This document shows positions 10,737 through 23,152 of a stretch of DNA of 40,411 nucleotides, one piece after another; the first letter of the stretch is position 1, and every line of letters starts with the position of its first letter. Both the position numbers and the translations under genes were made by a program. This DNA comes from Spirogloea muscicola. Its lineage: Eukaryota. Below the pieces are notes generated by a model that did not search any database, was not told where the DNA came from, and saw only the letters and a program-made list of their open reading frames with translations. The stretch lies in assembly GCA_009602725.1 (NCBI GenBank), contig WELB01000027.1:240972-281382 (forward strand), given 5' to 3'.

Positions 10737-11185
10737 AAGCTAACTTGGGGAGCTGGAGCGCCGCCACGAAAGCCGGAGGCCTGACTTAGAGCGCGCCCTG
10801 CACGTTGATGAAGAGCCAATGCTTGCGAGCGCTGCAAACTAAGCGAGAGCCGCATTCTATAATATGCAACTAAGGCCTGCGGAATGCTGGAGTGGCCCAA
10901 GCTGCCCCCCCGACTTCGACGACGCGCATCAACCAGCCGGGCTAGATGCTGGATCAGGGAGGACCATTTCACGCACGAGAAGAAGAAGTGGCTCTCCCAA
11001 TGGGGGCAAGGGCTGTGAAAAGCCAGCCCGAAAAGAATTGACAAAGGGTCGAAGGCGCCACACTGAGAGCCTACTGAGTGCCTTACTGGGTGCCTTTGGG
11101 CTGGCCTCTCACAGCCACTGCTCTCACTTTGGACGCGCTTTCTCCTTTCACAGCCCTCGCCCCCTTCTGGAAAAACTTCCTTGCC
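10737..11185. mobile_element. RLE retrotransposon fragments (second subfamily) with nested 3'UTR modules
   Basis: Minus 10737-10960 encodes LIQHLARLVDARRRSRGGSLGH..YYRMRLSLSLQRSQALALHQRAGRALSQASGFRGG. Minus module at 10979-11057; plus modules at 11096-11182. Confidence 0.8.
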
Positions 11186-11710
11186 AGAAGTATGTAGTTC
11201 GAATTTTTTCCACATGCTGAGCAGACTAGAGGTGTTTGGGAAGCTGCAAGTAGTGACATATGTGTCTGGTGGGTGTGCTCCCTTCAGATTGGGTAGCACT
11301 GCTCATCTAGATGAGCTTGTGCGGACCACCGGATTGATAGAGATCGAATGTGGTCGAGCTCATTTGAGCTAACTCCAGCTTTTATTCTACAACCTAGAGT
11401 TGTGCATGTCCTAAGTGACTAACAAGCAGCAGCTGGTGGACTGAGATGGTCTTCTGGTAGCGCTGTTGGTGGCTTGCAGCCAAGGGGCAGCTGCTGTAAG
11501 AATGGACAGATTAGCATGCATTGTCTACGTAAAGAGACTCCTAAGCATCCTGCAGGTGGAGCGAGGGCGTGTGTAGCAATAACAGGCGCCCTCATGAGAG
11601 AGGATTTGTAGCGGAGGCCGATGGGGCGCACCCCAAGGAACGACCGCTGTCCTAGAGCTATGGGGAGAACATGCTGGCAGCGAGTGGCCGTCGTGACAGT
11701 GATGAAGGCT

Positions 11711-14700
11711 TCAGGTGCCGTAGATGGTCATCTCTTGGAAGATGCGCAGCCGGCGCTGGCGCTTCACCTCCAGCTCTGCGGCAGTCGCCCCGCCCGTAGT
11801 CAGCTGCGTTCCTAGGTTCATGACATTGAGCGCGCTGCCGCCGCTGCCATCCCAGTCCCTTGTTGCTGCTGCCATTGCTGTCGCTGCTGTCGGCTGGGTA
11901 TACGGCAATGCTGCCCCGCCGGCTGCACAGCGGTTGCCGAAGTAGTCTAGTGCCTCTGGCCTGACAGCCCAGACGCTGCCGCCGTCGCCAACCGCGGCAG
12001 CGGTCCGCAGATGGCCCTTGTCCTTGTCCTTCACCGGCGTGGTCACACGGTTGCGCTTCATGCTGCCATGGAGAGGTGGCAGGCCGCCGTATGCCGGCAT
12101 CCCAGGGTCGTCACTCGCCGGCTGGTTCTCATTCTGGACCTGCTGTGAGAGCGGGGGCCCCCCTGCTGCAGCCGCCGGCGATGGCTTCCCCTTGGCCAGC
12201 GTGCTGCCGGCGGCCGAGTCTGTGAGCGGCGGGAAGAGGGCGCCATAGCTGACTCGCCGGACCCCCATGCGAGACGCGGGCATCGCAGCCGTGGCATAGT
12301 CCAGGCTGGAGGCGTCGGAGTCGCTCAGGGTCGGTGACGGCGCGCGGCTGGGCTGGACATACTCGTTGGTGCGGTCGAACGTAAGTGGCATCCGCGCAGT
12401 GGGGGCAACCGTGGCGGCAGGGACGGCGTCGCCGCTACCGTCGCTGAGGTACTTGCGCAGAGCACCGCTGTTCGGCCCATTGGCTGGTGGGAAGGTGCGG
12501 TTGCGCTCCAGTCGCGCAGGCGCCGCTGCCTTCGGCCCTGCTGCAGGAGGAGCGACTGCGTCGTCCCTGCCACCATCACCAATGGCTTCTGCTGCCGGCT
12601 GCTTGGCGGCAGCTGCAGCAGCTGCTGCCGCCTGCTGCACGAGCTCGAGGCGCTGCCGCAGGGCCGCAGCGTGCCACTCCAGCTGGTGCAGGTGCTTGGC
12701 TTGCTGCTGGCGTGCGGCAGCGTCAGCACTCAGCAGCAGCGGTGGCTCCAAAGGCACTTGCTGCTGCAGAGAGAGCAGCGGCGGGAGGCCGCCGAAATGG
12801 TCAAAGAGCATGCCCTGCTGCTCCATGGTCGGCGGCGAGGGCGTGCGGTCGCCAGCCGACGGCCCGGACGAGCCATCGTCCTCCCAGAAGTGCGGTGGCT
12901 GAACCTGGGATGGCGCCGGCGGCAGCACCAGGAGCTGCTGCGTGAAGTGGTGGGGGTGGACGCCAAACGGCGGCGGTGGCTGCGCTGGGAAGCCACTATT
13001 GTGTGCTTGGAGCTGAAGCTGCGCCATGGCCTTGTGTCCGGCTGCGCGCGCCAGCGCCAGGCCGTACGACGGTTCCTCACTGTCGCTGCTCTGCTAGCGG
13101 GGCCAAGAACAAGAACAGCATTGGCGAAGAGTCAGCAAGCAAGAAGCGATGAGGCTTGGCAACGCTATGTGCAGTAGTAGGAGATCGTGAGACATGCCGT
13201 AACTGGGCACCTCTCACCTGTTGGCTGGACATGCCGTATGTATACGCCATCTTGTGGCGTGACACAGCCTCCTCATTGGCGACACCTTCCGTCGTGGCCG
13301 AAGCTGGCACTGACGGCTGATCTGCCGTCAGCAGCGGCGGAGGCTGGTGCCAGAAGCTCGGCAGCAGCGGCGGAGGGCAGCTGTCGGCGCTGCCATCCTT
13401 GCCAGACAAGGGAGCGGCCAGGCCCAGCGAGGCCGGCGCGGCGGCATGGGCAGTGGCCTCCTCGCGGGTGCTGTTGCCATTGGAGGCTGCCATGGAGAGC
13501 TCAAGCTCACGCAGCATCTCCTGGGCGCGCTCGTATGACTTGACATGCGACTCCGAGCCCCAGCGTGCATCTCCGCCGTCAGCGGTGACGCTGCGGAGCA
13601 TGGCCCGCGCCTCGCCCAGCCGCCCCTGCTTCAGCAGGCAGATGCCAAGGTTGCACACCTTGTTGTTGTCCGGCTCGATTGACAGCGCCTTCCTGCACCG
13701 CTTGCAACATGCGCGGCGGGCTGCACGCCGTCAGGAGGCGCCCACGCCACCGTGTTTCCAAAAGACTTGGGCACTAGGTTGTTGCACGTATAGACTTACC
13801 CAGGCCGAGGAGCAAGGCCTTAGAGGTCACTGTTGCTCTGATGGCAGTCAAGGAGGCAGGCAAGGCAAGCTAAAAGAAGCTGGCAGCAGCTTTCAGAGTG
13901 GCGGCGGAGCTGCGGCAGACCTGTACACCGCCTCGGCGGCAGTGAAATCGTTCTGCTGCATGTAAGCCCAGCCAAGGTTTCCCTGCGCAGCCAGGGGAGC
14001 CCCAGTAGCAACCGAACGCGTGGTTGGTCAGCCCAAGGCCACAGGCGGCGAGCCATGTACACATCTTGAACAATGTTAAAGCGGTGGTCGCCTGAGCTCA
14101 CCAGAAGGCGTGTGGCCTCCTGCTCGATGGAGACCTGGAACTTCTTGCCCTGCGAGCGCGCAGTCTTGGTCCGGCGCCCGTTGAAAGCCACGCCCTGGTG
14201 GATCAGGTTCAGCTTGTGCTTGAGCAGCGCAATCTGGTCGTCGAGCCGCCCGCACCGCTGCACACACATCAAAGCCACCGCCGTCTGCTGCATTTGGTCA
14301 GCGGCTGCGAGCCAGGGCCGCTGGCTGGGCCCTCGGTCAGCTCGGCAGGCGCACCAAAGCTGACTGGACTACTGAACCTCCATCAACGGCCGCACCTTGT
14401 AGAGGTCGAGGAGGACGTTGTCGAGGCTCTCCTGCGCAGCGTCGGAGCACCGCGTGCGCAGGCTGCGGATCGCCTCAATGGCCTCCTCCGGCCGGTTCTG
14501 CTGCTTCATGACGATCGCCATGTCCTTGAGCGCGCTGTCCACGCGGTCGCCCTTGTTGATGGCGCACCAGAAGAGCGCGATCGCGCGGTCTGGGTCCTTG
14601 TCCACGAGCTGCGACAGCGCGGTGACCAGCTAGGCCGCCGGTCATTTGCAGATGGATTTCATGACAGGCAATGAGAGCAGAATTGCAGCTGCACTGGCGG

Positions 14701-15134
14701 CAGGAGCACCAATTAACCCCACATTGCACCGGTCACGCACCTGGACGTGCTTGGCGCGGACGTACGGCGAGTCCCCAACTGGCACCTTGTGAACAATGTG
14801 GAAGCTGCTGGGGAGAGCCGCCGGTGGGCAGCTGCCGCCGCCGCCGCCGGAAGCGGGACGCGGCTGCGGCGGCGGCAGCGGCAGCGGCGGCGGCGACGGC
14901 GGCGACGACACTGGCAGCGCTGCGGTCGCAGCACAGCAGGAGGCGTCGCAGCAGCAGTCGCCGGCCGCTCATGGCCGCGCATCCGGCGAGGCTGCCGACA
15001 GCGCCGACAATGCAGAGAGACCGGACCGCGCACTGCCCGGCAGCAGCGGCGCTCATGATGACGAGCCCCGGGGCCTTGCCAGCGTCGACGCCTCTGCCGG
15101 CATTAGCAATGGCGGGGCGGCGGCGCCTCGACAT
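11711..15134 (-). CDS. MS5/TDM1/POLLENLESS3/SDI1-family TPR protein with long low-complexity C-terminus
   Basis: Exons (minus): 15134-15080 (tentative, GC donor), 14919-14741, 14608-14396, 14257-14102, 13982-13921, 13692-13218, 13090-11711. Family motifs: HKVPVGDSPYVRAKHVQLVDKDP, GDRVDSALKDMAIVMKQ, QESLDNVLLDLYKRCGR, TKTARSQGKKFQVSIEQE, LGNLGWAYMQQ, DNNKVCNLGICL. The first exon and start are uncertain. Confidence 0.9.
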
Positions 15135-15310
15135 GGACGCACTCTCCCGGCGTGGCTGCATGCCCACGACAGAGCCGCTGCGGCTGCAGCTGCGCCCAAG
15201 GGGAGGGGCAAGCGAGCCGGTGGCGCTGCCGCAGCTGGCATCGCCGGCCAAGCGGCGGAGGAGGCTGGCGAGGAGGGCAGCTCCGCACGCAGCAGAGGCG
15301 GAGGGGGGAN

Positions 15311-15369
<59 letters not shown>

Positions 15370-15412
15370 GAGAGGAGAGGAGAGGAGAGGAGAGGAGAGG
15401 AGAGGAGAGGAG
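15311..15412. repeat. (AG)n followed by (AGAGG)n microsatellite upstream of the TPR gene
   Basis: Seen directly. Confidence 0.95.
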
Positions 15413-15899
15413 GAGGGGGGGTGCTGAAGAGGGAGGAGGGAGGGAAGGGGGTGAGCCGACGCGCACCTCCCTCCACAACGGCTCTCTGCAGGGGGCTGCT
15501 CCCTCCCTCTACCCGCTGCAGGTCCTCTGCCGGCCCAGCTCCCGACCGGCGGAGGGGGGGTGCCAAATGGGGTGGCCCAAAAGCGAGCGCAGTGGTGCTG
15601 GGCCCTCTAAAATGCGGGGAGGGGTGGGCTGTCGCCGGCGAGATCAGCCTAGACCTGCAGAGGAGCGCTCAGGGGGGCCCCCCTCCCCCCTGGTTGCACC
15701 CAACGGCCAGGTGCGGGCGTCGGGCCCAACGCCGCACGGCGTAGGACCGGCCCCGGCGTAGGAGCCGACGCGGGCGGGCCGTAGGGTGGGGCCCTAGCCC
15801 GACGCGGCTCCTCGTGGGTGGGTTCGAACGTGACGGGAACGGTGGGGATGCGAAGACGGCGTCGGAGCGGACGGAACGCGCAGCCCGAGGAGAGACCTG

Positions 15900-18800
15900 A
15901 GAAGAAGAAGAAACAGCTCTTCCAATGTAAAGAGAAAAGCGCGGCCGAATTGACTGGTGGCTGGGAGAAGGCAGCCCAAAAGGAATGGACAAGGTCAAGA
16001 GGAGCCGAATGGCGCAGAAAGCAGGGGACTAAGTGCTAAGACGACAAGGAGGCTCTCAGTACTGTAACCTCTAGTCAGCAAGTGCAGGTCAGAATAGCTA
16101 GAGGGCGGGAAGACGTCGCCCTGACGAAACCCGGAGGCAGCCGCCAGGGCGCGGCCTGCACGTAGGTGGACGGCAAACGCAAGAGACCGCTGGAGGGAGA
16201 CGGCAAGGCGCATCCTGAACACCTGTGCGAGGGACCCGGCGACGTTGAAGCCAGGCTGCTCGCCGTGCTGCCCGTGGCGGCGGGCCACCGCACGGCGAGC
16301 AAGGCGGTGGAGAAGGTCGAGCCATTTGGTCCCAAAAGCAGTGGCTGTGAAACTCCAGCCCAAAGCAATGTACAAAGAGAAGTAGCTCTCCAGAGGTCAA
16401 TAGAGGGGAAAGGCTCTTCAATAGATGTTGATGGCTGGAGTTGGCCAGCCCCACGAAAGCTCTCCCAGCCACCCGTCAATCTGGCCGCGCTTGCTTCTTC
16501 CAATGTAAGGCGATGGCTGTGAGAGGCCAGCCCAAAGGAACGTGCAGGGTCTGAAAATGCCGGAAGGCGCAAAAGCTCGTAACTACTATCCGTGACTTCT
16601 GCAAGTGGACGCTCAATGACCCCAGTCAGCAAGTGCAGATGAGAATTACTAGTGGGAGGTGATGGTGGTGAAAGAATAAATAGCTTTTACGATGCCAGCC
16701 CAAATGAGGAGACGAAGCTCTTTGTGGAGCCACTTGCGTAGCGGTGTAGTTTAGTGCTTTCCCTCCCGCCCCTTCAGATCCTGTCCAGTCTTTCCTGAGC
16801 TGGCCTCTTGCAGCCACGGCCCTTTTGGAGAAGTAAATCCTTGAATGTTTACCCAAGTAGAGGGGACGTGCACATCTATTCCAAGCAGTAGTCTTGGTGC
16901 CCATCGAGAAGAATAAGCAGCTCTTGCAGAGGGGGCGACGGCTGTACGAAACCATTATTCTTTGGTGCTCATCGAGAAGAATAAGCAGCTCTTGCAAAGT
17001 GGGCGACGGCTGTAAGAGCATTTTGGGCATTTTAAGCAATGATAGAGAAAGGTCGAACAGAGATACATGGAGGACATCGTTTACTGTTTAACATGTGGGT
17101 TGGCTGCAGTATAGCCAGCCTATGACTCTTGACCATTTAAGGGGAACTCTCCAATAATTTGTGGCGGCCCAAAAGTACAAAGACCAGTGCTAGGCCAGAA
17201 GGTGCCGGCAAATCGAGGCTGCCTGAGCGGCTTGCCAAGCGGCTATTCTGCCGCACACAAAGAAATTGGCCTCTTACCACTGGCTATAGAATTGGCAAAC
17301 ATAGTCAAGAAGTCAGGAGAAGAACGAGGAGAGGGTGTATAAGAAGGGCAGCACCGTGTGGAGGTCGCATCATAGTGGGTAAGTACTGATGCTGCTCGCC
17401 CAACTGTAGCCAAGTCTTCTGAGCTGACCTCTCGTAGACACTGTTTTCATGCTGAGAGCTTGGATAGGCTTGCATACGAGTAAGACAGCTTGCAAAACAG
17501 CTAGCAGGACTTCTGGAGCCTCGCTGCGGAATCCCAGTGCTGCCGTAGCCAATGTGAGTGAACACATTTGGTGCAAAGCCAGGGCCTTTGATAGCCGCTG
17601 ACGAGCACTGCATCTGAACGCCGAGAGTGAAAGTGAAACACGTCCGATCCTGCTGCAGGTCAATGGGCTGACAAGTGCGAAGCTCGCGGTCAGCTACTGG
17701 CAGCAGTTGTACGCAGTGAACAAGGGCTGCTGCGCCATGTCTTGCAACAGCAGATTGGTGCACATAGCAGCTATTTGATTTTAAGCTTGGCAGAACCAGG
17801 AGGTTGCATTTGTGTTTTGGCATTTCCATTGAACTTAAAAGGTAATCGAGCTGCTTTTTAGTGTGCCAAAGATCACACTTGACATCTTGCAAGTAAGATT
17901 CTGAGAGAATGAATAGAAGCCAAGACACATTAGAGTGCTATTTATGTCCAGTAGCAAGGCCTTGGCGACTATTGAAACACCCTGTGCCGGGAGCCTTGAG
18001 CTTGCACTACTCGCCATATACTATCGGCACAGCATATGGCCTACTATTCTCATGACGAGATGTAGAATTGCTTCAAGCGTCCCCTGGTCCTTGATCAACA
18101 GGAACAATGGCATGACATGGTTGGTCCAACGTTACTAGCACATTGACCCTGTGATGTAAGAATCGTGACTCCGTGGCTTCTAGTTGGTATCAACCTCGTA
18201 GTGCTTCACGAGTGACACCAACCTCCACATGCCACGACTGCATGGTTGCAAGTCATGAGAGGAGAGGTTGCGACGAGGCACTGTGTTTCCAGCAAGGTGA
18301 GCAGCCCAGCTTCGATGCTGCTGGGTCGCTTGCTAAGGTGTCCTGCATGCGCCTCTCAGTCTCGCACCAGTGTTTCAGGCTACTTAAGTGCACTTGCAGG
18401 CAGGCCGCGCTTTTTGGTGCTGCTTCTCGGGTTGGCCGCTGTGAACGATTTCCGGTCGCAAGCTACTCTGACTTGCGGCTGCTGCATAAGAGTCACAGAG
18501 CAACCAATTATAGCAGCCACTTGCCAAAGCTGTGTTGTTGAGCGCTTCCCGGCCCCTCTGAGCCTTGTCCAAGCTTTCTTTTGGGCTGGCCTTTCACAGC
18601 CATCGCCCCTCTACTGGAAGGCGCGCGGTGCGCATGAAATTGAAAGGGAGGCCAATTCTAGCCTTACAAATGTCCTGTTGACTGGGTAATGAGCTGGCTA
18701 GGGGGGACACTAATATCCCCGAGTGAGCACATGCATATCTGACAAGCTATACTGAGGAGCCAAACCACCACCACGGAAGCCACTAGCCTGGGCGAATGCA

Positions 18801-19270
18801 CGACCAGCACGCTGGTCAATCGCGAGTGCCTGGGAGCGCTGCAGACTCAATGACAGCCGCATTCTATAGCATGCAACGATGGCTTGCTGGGCGCGAGAAT
18901 GGCCTAAGCTACCCGCCCGACTACGTCGGCGGGCATCAACATGCAGTGCCAGGCGATGACTACTGGAAGAGTCTTCCGTCCCGGTTAGACGGTTGCCCTG
19001 TAGCATTTCCAGTGGCTACGTGAGAGTGGGCCCATAGCAGAATGTCTCTAGAGCAACACTTTCGAGCTCAGCTAGCATAGAAGAGCTGGGCCAATAGGAA
19101 AGAAGAAGGGCTCGCCCATAGAGGGGAGGAGCTGGGAAAGCCCAAGAAAGATGAACAAAGTTCGAGAAGGGGCCAGAGAAATGAAAGCTTGGACCATCTA
19201 GCAAAAACAAGTGGCTACTTGACCAGCTGGCCAGTAACCCCCTAGTCGACAGCTGCAACTTGAGTAAGAA
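15900..19270. mobile_element. 3.4-kb intergenic pile of RLE retrotransposon 3' fragments in both orientations
   Basis: ORF-end copies: 16062-16330 (-; KWLDLLHRLARRA..SLQRSLAFAVHLRAGRALAAASGFRQGD..LLTRGY), ~16615-16655 (-), ~17480-17610 (-; degenerate QRLSKALALHQ..GFR), 18280-18500 (+) and 18710-18960 (-). 3'UTR modules at 15931-16008, 16335-16400, 16490-16560, 16907-17014, 18551-18645 and 19098-19174. Confidence 0.8.
16894..17014. repeat. 68-bp-period direct repeat made of retroelement 3' end plus flank
   Basis: ttggtgc(c/t)catcgagaagaataagcagctcttgca..gggcgacggctgta occurs at 16894 and 16962. Confidence 0.85.
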
Positions 19271-19417
19271 ACAGCAGGAAAGGAGTTGCACAAGCATCAC
19301 ACTCCAGCCAAGCACCTGCAGCCTGTGCTGCGTCGCAGTAGCCGCAATCTGATCAAAGTAGTCAACCATTTACGTCGCTGCGGAAGGCGGGAGGTCTGTG
19401 ATGTAAAGGCCAGCCCC

Positions 19418-22258
19418 ATGACAGTCCCGACAGCAGCGACAGCGGCAGCAGCGTCTGCAGCGGCGGCGGTGAGCGCAGCGGCAGCGACACCAGCTGTCGG
19501 CGGCACTCTCGGCACACTTCACGGCGCCCTGCCCCGCCTGCTGCGGCGGGGCCTGCGGCAAGCGCGCGGAGGGCCCCAGCGCGCAGCTGCGGGCCTTAGC
19601 ACCAGCCAGAGCCGGCTGCGAGGCGCCCACGACGTGGCGACCGAAGGCGGCGGGCAGGTCAGCCGCTGTGCGGCGCCCACCTCAAGCCTGCCAACGTTGG
19701 CACGTTGGCAAGCTGCTGCCCAGTTGACGTGCTGTCACCTCTGCGCAGCAGGCGCAGCCCCAGAGCGTCAGCAGTGTGGCCAATGTGACGCTGAAGTCCA
19801 CGGCGGCGGCGGGAGCGGCCGGGGCCCCCAAGGGGTGAGCGATGCCCGTCCTGTGAATGCCTCGAAGCCTCATCTGAAAGTGTAGTGTGGTTCTAAGACT
19901 CCAGGGCCCCTTGTGTCTAAGACCCTTTGCTTAATGAGGCAGCTGGCTAACTTCCACTGTGTAGGGTCAGAGCAGCAAGTTGAAGACCTGACCATCACCT
20001 TGACTCACTGCATCTCCTGGTCGTTGTCAAGTCCTCTGCAAAAAACCATGCGGTCCGATTAAAGTATCAAGGTTGCTGCTACTGCCACTGCGTCAGCTTC
20101 AGACATGCTGAATAGTCAATTTCACCGAGCAGGCATTTCAGGTGTTAGCGTCAATACTCAGGGCAGTGGTTGGTTACTCGGTACAGCTTGCATGGCATGC
20201 GAATTGCATTGTCCTACCAGGTGGCAGCAGATGATGCTTAGCGGTTTTGGATTACCTGTGGGCACTCGCATTCATTCTGGAGTCACTTACATGTGACGAA
20301 ATTGCTGTTTCGAGGACATAATCTGTTGCTTAGTCTCATTGGAGCTCTTGCTGCTGCACTCGGCAGGGCAGCCGGCACGACGGAGGACCTTCGCAGGGTG
20401 CGGTATTGCTCCTTGTGCGGAGCTCCCACAGTGCACAAGCGGCCGCCAGGTCCCCTTCCCAACGCACCCTCCAGAGTATTCCTCTGCGACACTGTAATTC
20501 TTGAGCTGATTTCGGCTTGAGGACGTCCGTAGTAACTCATACTTTGCAGTCTTCTCAGCAATGGAACCCCAGAGACCTTAAACATTACCACCATATGACT
20601 GGGTGAGCAGTGGCTCAACACTTGGAGTACAACGCGCGCTTTGCTTGGCGCTGGCAGGAGATGAGAGGGAACGGGACGTTTGCACAAGCGAGGGCTGCAG
20701 CAGCATCCACTACATCAACCCCAAGGTCGTCGTTGGGGCAATCTGCCTGCACAAGGACAAAGTACGTATGCAGATGCTACCTTAGCCTGTGACTGAATCC
20801 AGATGGCAGGCCCTCAAGCTCACGACCATCATACTGAGCTGTTGGCTTTGCGCAATACTCTCCAAGTAGTCTCGTGTGGCTGCGCTCATATGAGATGCAT
20901 GCATGGCTCGACTTGCGGAGGTCTGCAGCATTGAGGCTGGTGTGATGGAGAAGAAGGGAGTCGGGGGATTGCTGCTCTTCCATCTGCCAAGGTTCTTGAT
21001 GCGGCTTGTCCGCCCTCCGTCGTCATGTGGATCAGTCAAGCCTGGATGCTGCCTGTTGCAATGCTGGACGCAGGTGATGCTGTGCAAGCGGGCAATTGAG
21101 CCCTGCAAAGGGCGCTGGGGTTTCCCACAAGGTCTGCTGACTAATGAAGTGGTTTTCCATTAGTTGTAACGCTGTTCCGCTGTTATGTGGTAAATGATGC
21201 CAACCCCGTTTTCTGTCTCATCTACCATGGCAACATCCGTGCCAGTCGCTGAAAAAGTATAGCTCATACTCAAAGCAGCTCTTGCAGGCTACATGGAACT
21301 GGGGGAGAGCACAAGAGAAGGTGCGGCGCGGGAGGCCCGCGAGGAGGCCGGTGTGGACATCATTCCGGGGCCGCTCCTTGCAATCTACAACACGCCAAAC
21401 CAGGCACTTTGCACAAGCTCCACTTGATCTGCTGGGAGATAGCCCGTTATCTTCTGATTAATAGGTGGATGCTATGACAGGGGACGCGTCTGCTTTGAAC
21501 AAGCACGCCATGCAGACTTCCATTCCTGGCAAGTGTGCCAAATTCTTCCGGCGGACAGGAAAGCAATCTCCTTGCTGCAACTCTGTGAGCTTGCCTTGTT
21601 GGGCAGGTCCAGCTGCTCTACTTGGCTGAGTTGACCTCCTCTGACGTAGCACCAGGTACTGGGTGCTTGACTTCATTCCCTTGTTACAACGAGCTATCAG
21701 ATACTGGAAAATGGGATATAATTTTATTCCACTCGTGTAGTCTTTCTTGGGAAATCACAATCTGCAGTAACTGAAACATGCTTTGCTTTTTCAAGGACAC
21801 GTCAACCTCTTTTACATCAAGCAGTATTCCTTCTCATAGGAAGCGGCAGTAGTGACATAAGACGACATTAGCAAGCTGAATTTGCACCTGGCATGGCAGG
21901 CTTGGAGAGCGAAGAAGTGAGGCTGTTCTCGTGGGCTGACATCCCTCATGCAGACCTGGCCTTTGTTACGGTCAGATTTCAAGTCGATGCACAACAATGA
22001 CCAATCTCATCCCGCCCATTTGTGACGAGCATAGGCCTAGCCGTACTTAGCTGGTCTCCTGACCATGTCTGATCATTGCAGTAACAACAATGGCTGCAAC
22101 ATACTTGTGCTAACCCTCACTTTGCAGCGATGCAGGTCGGCTGGGCTCTTCAATATGCGCAGCAAGTGCAGGGCCAAAGTTCGTTCTCTCCTCAGGAGCG
22201 CACGAAAACCCCCGCTGGCTCCAGAGGACCAGCAGGCAGCTCCTATGTGGACCGGTGA
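19418..22258 (+). CDS. NUDT23: Nudix hydrolase with N-terminal zinc ribbon (NUDT23-like FAD/ADP-ribose pyrophosphatase), probable organellar transit peptide
   Basis: Exons 19418-19657, 19752-19834, 20367-20449, 20658-20761, 21074-21131, 21288-21403 (GC donor), 21607-21655, 21900-21970 and 22136-22258 join in frame. Motifs: YCSLCG..GDERERDVC..C..IHYINPKVVVG, LCKRAIEP, Nudix box GYMELGESTREGAAREAREEAGV, and LFSWADIP..LAF. Confidence 0.88.
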
Positions 22259-23152
22259 CTGCCCACCTGCGGAAAGGCCTGTGTGACCTTGTCTTGCTAC
22301 ACCTCAAGGCATTGACAAAGCCGGGGAGCTTGACTGATGTACTTTGGTTGCGCAATATCTGAGCAATTAAGTACTGGCTTCATCAGTAGCAAGAATTTCT
22401 GTGAGACATTGCAGCGCTGCAACTTCACTTTACTAGTTATGGGCGGCGCCAAGCATTGCACATCAAGCCCATTGGCTTATTGATGTGACTTGAGCCACAT
22501 GAGAATATTGACAAGCATGGCAGCAATTGCGCCGCCTCTCATGTACCTTGTGACTACACACCATAGCCATATGGGCCATGTAATCAGGAATTGCGCAGAG
22601 GAAGGACAAGGTGAGGCTGATCAACATCGCTCAACTTGCGGGCCTGGTGCCAGATTCAGGCATCAGGGCCCACCCATGCCGCTGCTTCGGCAGTTTGACA
22701 AGTTCGCCAGCGGCGTGCCAAATGCACGATGCACGACGCACAGTGGATATGCCACCTGCAACGGCACGCCGGGCCGGAGGAGCCCAGAGTGCCGTGGTAC
22801 TCCGTGTGCAGCCAATCAGGCAGACGCCCCCTCAGCTCTAGCTAGGCAGGCTGCCAGCCTCTTGCACGCCCGGATCAATGTGCGGGTCGGTGCATCCCAG
22901 GCTGACTTACATTAGAGACCTCACCAGTCCCCAGTAGCATTTGTAATACATCTTACCACGGCGCTGTAGTGGCATGTTCTGCCTCTTGACAGCCTACAAG
23001 AGTAGGAGATACAGCCAAGAAGGAGCAAGGAATGTGCGCGGCAAGCACGGCAGCAAAGGCAGCAGGCGTCCAGAGGCACAGGAGATCGTGCAGAAGACTG
23101 GCATAAGCTCAGAGAAGCGAGTGCCGGAAGAGGAGGGAGGTGGCGAAGCTGC

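Noticed and set aside
10979..11057. tRNA or tRNA-derived SINE (TGGCTC..AATGG and GGTTCGAA/GGTCGAA look like A and B boxes on the opposite strand)
   Set aside because: No cloverleaf, the B-box context is incomplete (GAAGG, not GAxxCC), and the module repeatedly follows the retroelement stop codon in the other orientation, so it is better explained as a 3'UTR.
9610..11299. Long ORFs of 317-468 aa in the ORF track
   Set aside because: Artifacts of reading through the N-gap.
14671..15761. Plus-strand ORFs of 357 and 321 aa
   Set aside because: Antisense to the TPR gene 5' region, running through GC-rich sequence and the AG microsatellite; no recognisable domain.
17305..17928. 207-aa minus ORF as a gene
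   Set aside because: No recognisable motif; another frame of the same stretch resembles the degenerate retroelement ORF end.
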